This document shows, piece after piece, positions 28,576-36,476 of a stretch of 64,000 nucleotides of DNA. Position 1 is the first letter of the stretch, and each line of letters opens with the position of its first letter. The notes under the pieces are model-generated. The model had not been told where the DNA came from and searched no databases. It saw only the letters and a program-made list of their open reading frames with translations. This DNA comes from Chthoniobacterales bacterium (GTDB lineage: Bacteria > Verrucomicrobiota > Verrucomicrobiia > Chthoniobacterales > Chthoniobacteraceae), in the NCBI GenBank assembly GCA_038207335.1, contig JBBQZX010000011.1, positions 32,001-96,000 of the forward strand, given 5' to 3'. Both the position numbers and the translations under genes were made by a program.

Positions 28576-29232
28576 CTATCCCCCGAGGGCGATCGTCAGC
28601 GCGACGAGCGCGACGCCGATGGCGACCATGGCGAGGCCGGTGCGGATGCGGCGCAGACCCGCGTAACTCGCGAGCATGAGGCCAGTGCCGAAGAGCAAGG
28701 CGATGGCGATGACGTTCGAGAGTCGCAGCGCGAGATGCGCTTCGTGGAGGAAGATAAATGGGATGACGACGGGGAACGTGGAAACGAAGACGAGCAGGAA
28801 CACACCGGTCGCGCCGCGCCAGTTTTCGCCGGTCAGCCGCGGGCGTTCGGCGGGAGATGGAAGCTGCTTGAGGTGCGCATGGATGCGGTCGAAATCCTCG
28901 GGCTGAAGCGCTTCGGCGACCTTCGGCGGCAAAGCATCGGCGATCGTTTGGCGCGCCTGCGCGGAGTCGGTGGATTGCTGCACGCTGCGCAGGAGAGTGG
29001 CGTTGCGTCCGGCTTCGGTGAGACAGGAGATGAGGTAAAACGCGGCGTCGATGATGCCCCATGCAAGGTTGCAGCCGATGGCGCCGATGAACATCGCGCG
29101 CACGTCTTCCCGCCCGGCTTCAGCGACGCTGATCGCGCAGGTGAACGAGAGCACCATGATCAGCCCGAAGACGATCTCGGAGAAACGCTCGAGTGGGTCG
29201 AGGACGCGGTTGCGACCAGTGGAGAGGTTCAC
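28576..29232 (-). CDS. VIT1/CCC1-like membrane protein
   Basis: SEIVFGLIMVL, GCNLAWGIIDA, TFPVVIPF and a C-terminal TM hairpin. Translationally coupled to SulP. Confidence 0.7.
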   Translation of the reverse strand: MNLSTGRNRVLDPLERFSEIVFGLIMVLSFTCAISVAEAGREDVRAMFIGAIGCNLAWGIIDAAFYLISCLTEAGRNATLLRSVQQSTDSAQARQTIADALPPKVAEALQPEDFDRIHAHLKQLPSPAERPRLTGENWRGATGVFLLVFVSTFPVVIPFIFLHEAHLALRLSNVIAIALLFGTGLMLASYAGLRRIRTGLAMVAIGVALVALTIALGG

Positions 29233-30991
29233 GGCGTTGCGGCGCTGGAGCCAGAGTCACTGACACCGGCTACCACGTTCGTGTTTTGAAAATCGTCGAT
29301 CGCATCCGCGAGCATGGTGAAGCGGTCGATGGGGCCGATCTTATCCTCGATGCCCTCCATGCGAAGGATGTCGCGCACGCTCGAACGCGCCTCGACGAGT
29401 CGAAAGGCGACGCCGCGTTTGGCGATTTCTGCCTGCAAGTTCAGGAACATGCGCGCGCCGGCCATGTCCATGTTCGGCGAGGTGGAGAGGTCGCCGATGA
29501 CGAGGCGCACACTTTCACGCGCCGCGTCAAGCCGGCCGATGACGGCGTTGAAGATGTGCTCGACATTGAAATAGACGATGGGAGACTCGACGCGGAAGGC
29601 GAGGACGCCGGGGATGGGCTCATTCGACGAGTGGCGCTCGAGGTCGGAATAGCGGCGTGTGTCGGGGATGCGGCCGAGGAAGGCGACGTGCGGAGTCGAG
29701 GCGCGATGGATGAGCGCACGAGAGAGATGATGGCCCCGAGCAGGACGCCTTGCAGCAGGCCTGCCCAGAGCACGCCTGCGAGCGCGGCCATGGCGACGAC
29801 GAATTCGCCACGGTGATACTGCCAGAGCCGTTTTAGCGCTTTCACTTTGATGAGGCTGGCGACGGCCATGAGCACGACTGCCGCGAGCACGGGCTGGGGG
29901 AGATTGCGCAGCAGCTCGGTGAAAAACAGCGCGACGACGAGCATCAGTCCGGTGGCGATCAAGCCCGAGAGCGGCGTGCGCGCGCCGCCGCTTTCGTTGA
30001 CGAGCGATTGCGACATGCCGCCGCTGATCAGGAAGCCGTGGCCGAGCCCCGACGCGAGGTTTGCCGCGGCCAGCCCGAGAAACTCGCGGTTGCTATCGAT
30101 CCGGTAGCCGTGCTTTTCCGCAAACATGCGCCCGATCGCCGCCGTCTCGACCGCGCCGAGAAGGAAGCACGCAAGCGCGAGAGGCATGAGCTCGCGGAGG
30201 TCGGGATAATGCACCGAACGCAGCGACGGCACCGGCAGGCCGCGCGGCACTTCGCCGAGCAGCTTCACGCCCATCGCACCGATGTCGATGAACGACGCCA
30301 CGGCGATGCCGCCGACGACGACGAAGAGCGCGACGGGTTTGTTGGGCAGTAGCTTTTTACCGAGAATCAGCAGCGCGAGCGCGACGCCGCCGAGCAGGAG
30401 CGACGTGCGGTTCGTCTCGCCGAGGTTCCCGAGGAAGATGTGCATGCGCTCCCAGAAGTCGCCGTGCCCGCCTTTCACGCCGAAGAGCTTCGGCAATTGC
30501 GTGCTCGCGAGGTGCAGCGCGACGCCCGATTTGAAGCCGAGCATCACGCTTTCCGAAATGAAGTTCACCGCCGAGCCCGCGCGCGCCAGCCACGCCAGGA
30601 AGGCGATGGCCGCGACAAGCATCGCCGTGCAAGCCGCCAGCGCCGAGTAGCGCCCCGGATCGCCATCAGCCATGCCTCCGAGCGTCGAGCCGATGAGCAG
30701 CGAGATCGCCGACGTGACCGTGATCGCCGTCTGCCGCGAGCTGCAAAACACCCACCAGACGAGACCGCCGAAGAGACACGCATAAATCCCCGCCTCCGAC
30801 GGCAACCCCGCAAGCGACGCATCGCCGAGCGCCGCCGGCAGCAGATACGCCGCGAGCGTCACGCCCGCCGCGAGGTCCGGGCGAAACCATTGCCAATCGT
30901 AGCCCCGAAGCCATTGCGTCGCAAAAATCATCCCGCGCCACCGGCTCGGTGCCGCACCCGCATCAGCGCTGGCAGAAGTCGCGGCGCTCAT
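29229..30991 (-). pseudogene. SulP-family anion transporter with STAS domain, single frameshift
   Basis: DLAAGVTLA, ASLAGLP..AGIY, GGMSQS and LPQPVLAAVV. After a 1-nt deletion at about 29716 the frame continues as HRASTPHVAFLGRIP...RVESPIVYFN into the STAS domain. Confidence 0.88.
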
Positions 30992-31022
30992 GTGGGTGAG
31001 AGGCAGTTCGCATTCATATCCG

Positions 31023-31080
31023 CCATCTTCTGTCCTTGCGAAATTGTCTGCTATGGGCCTTTGGTCCTACGCTGGGACCG
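31023..31080 (+). repeat. 58-bp direct repeat, copy 1 (left of vapBC)
   Basis: CCATCTTCTGTCCTTGCG-N16-GCCTTTGGTCCTAC-N3-GGGACCG; the same blocks and spacing recur at 31901-31958. Confidence 0.9.
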
Positions 31081-31120
31081 AGCCGGGATTTGAAATCTCG
31101 TGGGCGCGAATCTAAATCCC

Positions 31121-31164
31121 CAAAATGCCGTCACATTGACAACGCCGTGCATGTTGGCATTTTG
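31121..31164 (+). promoter_or_regulatory. Probable leaderless promoter and operator of the vapBC operon
   Basis: TTGACA (31136-41), 16 nt, CATTTT (31158-63), with the ATG at 31170. Inverted repeat CAAAATGCC (31121-29) / GGCATTTTG (31156-64) overlaps the promoter. Confidence 0.6.
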
Positions 31165-31169
31165 TAGGC

Positions 31170-31442
31170 ATGGTCAGAACTCAAATCCAGTTGCCAGACG
31201 ATGTCTTCGCAAAAGCGAAGAAGGTGTGTGAGACACGGGAGATCTCCCTCGCCGAGCTTGCGCGGCGTGGCATCGATTACATCCTCACAGTTTATTCCGA
31301 GCCACTCGACAAAGACGCGGGCTGGCAGCTTCCCAAACCTCGGAATCTGGGCTGGAAGGGCATGAGTCACGCCGAGGTCAAGACGCAGGCTCAGCTAACG
31401 AACTCGGAAATGCTCGAAACCACCAGGCCCCAGCGCCGCTGA
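31170..31442 (+). CDS. Ribbon-helix-helix antitoxin (VapB-like)
   Basis: MVRTQIQLPD...AK....EISLAELARRGI is an RHH pattern; gene lies directly upstream of the PIN toxin. Confidence 0.82.
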   Translation: MVRTQIQLPDDVFAKAKKVCETREISLAELARRGIDYILTVYSEPLDKDAGWQLPKPRNLGWKGMSHAEVKTQAQLTNSEMLETTRPQRR

Positions 31443-31445
31443 TCC

Positions 31446-31889
31446 ATGCTCTCCATGGACACCAACCTCCTGTTTTATGCCTTCAACGAGGCATCCCCCT
31501 TTCATCAGGAGGCCTACGCCTGGATGAGTTCGATCCAACGTGACGAGGACGTGGCCGTGTCCGAGTTTGTGCTGGCAGAGCTTTATGGCCTGCTGCGAAA
31601 TCAAGCGGTTCTCAAGAAACCGCTGCCCGCGGATGAAGCCGTCGAGGTGATTCAGATTTACCGCAATCATCCCCGCTGGCGCCTGATCGGGTTTCCTCTC
31701 GAAAGCCGCCCGCTGCACGACCAACTATGGAAGAGAACCGCCGGGAAATCCTTCGCCTTCCGCCGCCTCTACGACGCCCGCAGTGCCCTGACGATGCTCG
31801 CCCAAGGAGTTACAGAGTTTGCGACCGTCAATGTGAAGGACTACGAAGGAATGGGGTTTCGCCGGGTGTGGAGTCCGCTGCCTGGATGA
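31446..31889 (+). CDS. vapC: VapC-family PIN-domain ribonuclease toxin
   Basis: DTNLLFYA, VLAELY, YDA and T.NVKDY provide the PIN acidic residues. Confidence 0.88.
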   Translation: MLSMDTNLLFYAFNEASPFHQEAYAWMSSIQRDEDVAVSEFVLAELYGLLRNQAVLKKPLPADEAVEVIQIYRNHPRWRLIGFPLESRPLHDQLWKRTAGKSFAFRRLYDARSALTMLAQGVTEFATVNVKDYEGMGFRRVWSPLPG

Positions 31890-31900
31890 GTTACTGTCCA

Positions 31901-31958
31901 CCATCTTCTGTCCTTGCGGGGCCGCCTGTCTATTGCCTTTGGTCCTACTCCGGGACCG
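31901..31958 (+). repeat. 58-bp direct repeat, copy 2 (right of vapBC)
   Basis: 18+14+7 bp blocks identical to the copy at 31023-31080. Confidence 0.9.
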
Positions 31959-31976
31959 CCCTGCGCATCAGCGCCC

Positions 31977-32321
31977 TCACGTTTTCACTGCTTCGATGCG
32001 ATCCGCGTAAACATTAACAAGTTTGTGCGCGGGCAGCAGCGTTTCGATCGCCGGCCACAGCCGCGCCGGCAGGGCGTGAAAATCGCCCCGACGCAGATTG
32101 CCAAAACGTAGATGCACGACCCACGGCGGCGGCGAGGACAGCATGATTCGATGCGAGAAATCCGCATCCTCTGAAACGATCAACAACTGGTTCTGCCGGG
32201 CGTGTCGCCAGAGCGCTGAATCCGAAAGACTCACGCCCAAACTTCGCGCGTGAATCACAGGGAACATCGGTGAAAAGCTGATGTTCTGCGGCAGATTTTC
32301 GTCGAAGAGAAAGCCGTTCAC
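31977..32321 (-). CDS. DUF5615 / Mut7-C-like PIN toxin
   Basis: FLFDENLP, SD..LW..A, S.DADF and PPWVVHLRFGN. GTG start at 32321 overlaps the upstream TGA. Confidence 0.82.
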   Translation of the reverse strand: MNGFLFDENLPQNISFSPMFPVIHARSLGVSLSDSALWRHARQNQLLIVSEDADFSHRIMLSSPPPWVVHLRFGNLRRGDFHALPARLWPAIETLLPAHKLVNVYADRIEAVKT

Positions 32322-32539
32322 GCCACCTGCCGGAGCGAAAAATGATGCCCCATCAACTCGGCCGAAAGTTCGAGACAAGCGAGCACGTCCTCTCGCGTCA
32401 GCGTCGGATACTCCGTCTGCACATCTTCAATCGAATCGCCTGCTCCCAGAAACTCGAGCACGGTGCGCGCGGTGATGCGCGTGCCCCGGATGACGGGCTG
32501 GCCGTTACAGATATTCGGGTCGATGACGATGCGCCTCAT
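32318..32539 (-). CDS. DUF433 antitoxin
   Basis: RIVIDPNICNGQPVIRGTRI...LE.LGAG.S.....EYP.LT.EDV.ACL is the DUF433 pattern. Confidence 0.92.
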   Translation of the reverse strand: MRRIVIDPNICNGQPVIRGTRITARTVLEFLGAGDSIEDVQTEYPTLTREDVLACLELSAELMGHHFSLRQVA

Positions 32540-32653
32540 TGTCGCAGGTTACCAGCCAGCGCCCGCTGCTGCAACCCTTGGAACCGCATTCGTGCTTGCT
32601 CGGAAAGAAACTTCACACCACGGAAAGGCGCAGCTCCGCAAAACTGCCCGTTC

Positions 32654-33094
32654 TTAACTTCGAGTTCGCCGGGTTCCAGTAATGAGCAGCAACTCATTGC
32701 GGTTCCAATAGTGGTAGCTTTGTGGTGGTCTAAATCCTGCGTGCCGCTCATGCAAAGTTCCCAGCGGAACAGTGGTCTCCAACCTCCAGGATTTCCCAAT
32801 ACGGATGGCGTATCCAACCGACGCACCAGCGAAATAGCTGTCGAACTCTCGCTTCGTGAGCCCACTTCCTCCATTGTGCCTGCGCCAAATGGAACTTGGT
32901 TTGGCTGTAGTCACACCGGCCACTTCAAACGCGCCAACCATCGCTTTGATAGTTCCCGATGCGTAAACGACAACCAAGTCACCGGTTTGGACACGCGGCT
33001 TTACTCGCCTGAGTTCTACGGTCTTGGTTCCGGCAAAAATCGAATCCACAAAACGCGGACGGATCGAAAGGAGAAGGGCGTGATTGTCGGGCAT
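32654..33094 (-). CDS. ASCH (PUA-like) domain protein
   Basis: LLSIRPRFVDSIFAGTKTVELRR, VVYAS, F..YF.G and FRPPQSY.Y. Has its own ATG at 33094, just after the upstream TAA at 33096-33098. Confidence 0.88.
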   Translation of the reverse strand: MPDNHALLLSIRPRFVDSIFAGTKTVELRRVKPRVQTGDLVVVYASGTIKAMVGAFEVAGVTTAKPSSIWRRHNGGSGLTKREFDSYFAGASVGYAIRIGKSWRLETTVPLGTLHERHAGFRPPQSYHYWNRNELLLITGTRRTRS

Positions 33095-33095
33095 C

Positions 33096-34232
33096 TTAGT
33101 TGAGGGCGCATCCTCGTCGGTAGATCGACGCAAATTGTGAATTGGAGATTTTGCGCGGTGACATAAACGGCCCTCGAATGCCGAGCGATTCGAAATGTCC
33201 ATCTCCACAGGCTTGATGAAACGTTCCGTCATCCGAAAGCGAAATGCGACGATCTCGTTGGAAACATCGTGGTTTGCAGTCGTATAAACGTCGCGCCGCT
33301 CGTAAACGCCCAAGCGCTGGAACCTGCGAAAGAGATCCTTGGGCTTTCCGATGACGACCTCCTCCAACTGTGAGCACGCCTTAACCCTCATCGAACCGTC
33401 GCCCGTCCCTTTGCTCACATACCACAGAACTCTTCCGGGAGCGGTCAGGTTGTTGTTCTCAGTGCTTCGGTAGTAAACGCCTTCGACGCCGAGATGAAGA
33501 TCCTCGCGCAAACCCAGGAGCAGCTGTGAACCGAGTTCTACATCGAAAAAATGCTGTGCCCATTCTGGACGGATCGAAACGATAAAACTCGGGAATTCGG
33601 GGGCGACTACTTTCGCATGCCAGAGTTGACGCTCAATGGACGCAAGAGCCGCGGCGTCGCGGAGCTCTGCGGCGACAGCAATGGATTTCAAAGCCGCTTG
33701 CTTGGCAGGTTCAAACCGCACATCCAGGTCGAGACTCGTCGCGGTGTTCCGAATCCCCTCCAAATCGCCGACTGACCGCAGCGCGAGCTTCACCCATATC
33801 TCACCGCACGACACGAAGCCGAATTGCCTCAGGATGTCCTTGTCTGTATCAGCGAGTTTCAGTTCGCTTACAGCAACGATGCACCTGTTCTCGTTTGCGG
33901 CCGAAGCCAAGCAGGCGCGAAGAAAATTCCGGAGCATTGTGGCTGCCATTGGATGCCGTCCATGGCGCAGCACGGGCACCGTCAACATGTGCTCCCGCTG
34001 GCGGTCCATCACACCGAGAAGCACATGCGCTTCAGATCGGTCGGTGATGACTTGAATGTCCATGCACTTCGGTTGGCTCAGACAATGGAGAACCGCCTTT
34101 TTGAAATCGCTCACACGTTCTTCCGGCGCTTTGAATCTTGCGACCACTGCATCGAGAGCTTCGGCTCGTAAGAGCGCGCTCTTGAGTTGAGAACCTTCGA
34201 TTCGAGCCGGACGGTAGTGAACCTCACCGCGG
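33096..34232 (-). pseudogene. 5'-truncated, frameshifted multidomain protein with a C-terminal ASCH/EVE-like domain, probably of the PIN-GNAT type
   Basis: IVSIRPEWAQHFFD, EGVYYRS, PGRVLWYVS and PKDLFRRFQRLGVY. A 1-nt deletion at about 33194 separates the natural C-terminus (GIRGPFMSPRKI...*). No convincing start upstream of about 34230. Confidence 0.65.
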
Positions 34233-34378
34233 CCGGTACCGTCGGCGGAATGAGTTGGTGAGAGGGGTAACTGCCCGAAGGTCCTTGTTCGTCTCCAGAA
34301 TTTAAGAGAAGGATTCCAGCCCAAGCATTAGACTTTGGACGCAGGGAATGGGCGCGGTTCGTTAGGGTTGTCCTAAGG

Positions 34379-35407
34379 TTGAACGACGGCCACGGTTTTT
34401 CCCGTTCACGTCAATTGCTCGCGCTCACATCAGCTTTTACCGTCCTCCTTCTTGCGTCGCTTGCTGAGTGGCTGCACACGCGGCGTATTCGCGCGGTGGG
34501 GCGGCTGGCGTTTGGGCCAGCGGGTGAGCCGCGAATGTGGGCGCGCGGGGTGCCTTTTGTGCGTCCGCTGTGTCTGGCGGCGTTTGCGTGGGGGCTGGTG
34601 ACGCTAATGCTGCTGCAAATGGCTCCGGGCGGCGATGGCAAGAGGGGCGGCGACAAGCAGGCGACGCGGCTGGTTTTCGTCGGGGACCTCTCGCCGAGCA
34701 TGTATCTGGTGGATGCGGGATCGGATGGGAAGCTGACGCGGCACGCGCGGATGCGGGAGGTGGTGGATGGCATCCTCCAGCGGGTGAGCGGGAATCTGCG
34801 GTTCGCGGTGGTGGCTTTTTACACGGAGTCGCTGCCGGTGGTAATGGAGGCGCGCGACCCGGAACTGGTGCGGAACGTTTTCAACGATCTGCCGCTTTCC
34901 TACGCCATGCCGGCGGGCCAGACGGATCTCGGCCAGGCGATGAATGGCGCTCTAAAGCTCATGGAGGATTTTCCGGAAGCCAGCACGCGGGTGATCGTGC
35001 TCACGGATGGTGATTCGGTGAGCCTCGCGCCGATCTCGCCGCGACCGAAATCGGTGAAGGAAGTTTTTGTGCTCGGCGTGGGGAATCCGACGAAGGGGAG
35101 CTTCATCGACGGGCATCAGTCGCGGCAGGAAAGCGATACGCTGCGCACGGTGGCGGCGTCGCTCTCGGGCACCTACGTGGATGTGAATGAGAAGCATCTC
35201 CCGACCTCGGCGCTGGGCGATCTGGTCGTGACCGCGCCACTCCCGCAACGGGGCTTGAGCCTCGCGGAATGGGCGGTGCTGGCGATGGCGGTGGGCGCGG
35301 CGATCCTCGCGCTGATCCCGGTCGCGCTGGAGTTCTTTGGCAGCGACTGGCAGGTGGCTTTCGCGAAAGAAACGCGCGCAAAGGAGCGCGCCCTGACTGC
35401 GCGATGA
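34379..35407 (+). CDS. Membrane-anchored VWA-domain protein (Bat-like)
   Basis: MIDAS DLSPS, T(DLG) and LTDGD; two N-terminal and one C-terminal TM segments. Start uncertain. Confidence 0.85.
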   Translation: MNDGHGFSRSRQLLALTSAFTVLLLASLAEWLHTRRIRAVGRLAFGPAGEPRMWARGVPFVRPLCLAAFAWGLVTLMLLQMAPGGDGKRGGDKQATRLVFVGDLSPSMYLVDAGSDGKLTRHARMREVVDGILQRVSGNLRFAVVAFYTESLPVVMEARDPELVRNVFNDLPLSYAMPAGQTDLGQAMNGALKLMEDFPEASTRVIVLTDGDSVSLAPISPRPKSVKEVFVLGVGNPTKGSFIDGHQSRQESDTLRTVAASLSGTYVDVNEKHLPTSALGDLVVTAPLPQRGLSLAEWAVLAMAVGAAILALIPVALEFFGSDWQVAFAKETRAKERALTAR

Positions 35408-35967
35408 GGAAAATTTTCACCCTGCTGTGGCTGCTCTTCCCCGTGGCGGTGCTCTACTACCACTTCAACGAAGGGCAGAATCAGATCGCGCGGGAAAAGG
35501 CGCGGGTGCATGTGGCGGCGGTCCGCGAACTGGAGCGGGCGAAGGAGCCGGACTGGGAGAAAATCATCGAGGAATACGACAAGCTCGTGACCGAACTCCC
35601 GGCCGGTGAGCAGCCGCTCGTGCTGCATCAGATTCGTCTGGCAAAGGCGAAGGCGCGGCTGGAGATGCTGGATGTCGTCGGGTCGATCGAGGACCTGAAC
35701 GCGCTGCTGCAGGAGTGCGCGCTCGTCCACGGCGACGACGCGAAAATCACGCGTGCCGCGCGCGAGCTGCTCGGGAAGGCGAATTACTACGCGACTTATC
35801 TGCTGAAAACGAACGGCGCCGGGGAGGAGGAATGGCGGCCTTTCGCCGAGCGGACGCGGCAGATTTTCCGCTACCTCGCGGAGCATCAGGATGCCGCCGC
35901 GCTCGCGCAATACGAGCAGCGGGTCGCGCTGGAATTTCAAAGGACGCAGCAACACAAGACCCCATGA
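35404..35967 (+). CDS. Hypothetical helical protein with N-terminal anchor
   Basis: ATG at 35404 overlaps the upstream TGA; MRKIFTLLWLLFPVAVLYYHF anchor followed by TPR-like helices. Confidence 0.75.
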   Translation: MRKIFTLLWLLFPVAVLYYHFNEGQNQIAREKARVHVAAVRELERAKEPDWEKIIEEYDKLVTELPAGEQPLVLHQIRLAKAKARLEMLDVVGSIEDLNALLQECALVHGDDAKITRAARELLGKANYYATYLLKTNGAGEEEWRPFAERTRQIFRYLAEHQDAAALAQYEQRVALEFQRTQQHKTP

Positions 35968-36452
35968 AAAATCGACACACGCTCACTGGAATCCCTGTCT
36001 GGCTCTGTCTCGCCGGCTTCGCTGTGGCTCAGGAAAAGGCGCCCGCGCCCGCCGCGATCTCAGGTGTGAAAGGGGTGAAGGAGGACGCTGTTGCCGAGAT
36101 CAAAAACGTGAAGCCTGGCATCAAGGACGCGACGCAGACGGTGAACAAAATCGACAGCATCAGAGCAGAAGCAAACGCAGCGCCCACACCCGTGACGCCC
36201 GTCGTGCAGCCTGTAATCTCCGGCGCGGGCAGCATTCAGGCCGTGAACGGCGTCACCGGCATCAACGCCGCGAAGCTGCAAAATCTCGAAGCCGCGCTCC
36301 TCATCAAGGCGGACACCGGACCGCATGACGGCAAAGGAAGAACCGCCGCCGCCGCGCTCGGAGGTCCGCCCGGAAAACCCGGCCCGAAGAAAAAAAACGA
36401 CGGGCGCGAGGCATTCCAGGAGTTCGAAAAACTTCAAAACAACGGCTCTTAG
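35964..36452 (+). CDS. Hypothetical secreted low-complexity protein
   Basis: ATG at 35964 overlaps the upstream TGA; signal peptide ending AVA-Q; loosely repeated I.GV.GV units. Confidence 0.7.
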   Translation: MKNRHTLTGIPVWLCLAGFAVAQEKAPAPAAISGVKGVKEDAVAEIKNVKPGIKDATQTVNKIDSIRAEANAAPTPVTPVVQPVISGAGSIQAVNGVTGINAAKLQNLEAALLIKADTGPHDGKGRTAAAALGGPPGKPGPKKKNDGREAFQEFEKLQNNGS

Positions 36453-36476
36453 CCCAGCATTCATTTCCACCTGTTC

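Noticed and set aside
31023..31958. CRISPR array or integron attC sites
   Set aside because: Only two full copies, 878 bp apart. No cas or intI gene and no RYYYAAC/GTTRRRY ends.
32654..34324. 556-aa single fusion protein
   Set aside because: It is explained by a 1-nt deletion at about 33194. The upstream gene's natural end is in another frame (stop at 33096) and ASCH has its own ATG at 33094.
34232..34378. IS end causing the truncation of the ASCH-linked gene
   Set aside because: The sequence is vaguely IS-terminus-like, but I found no transposase residues, matching second end or target duplication.
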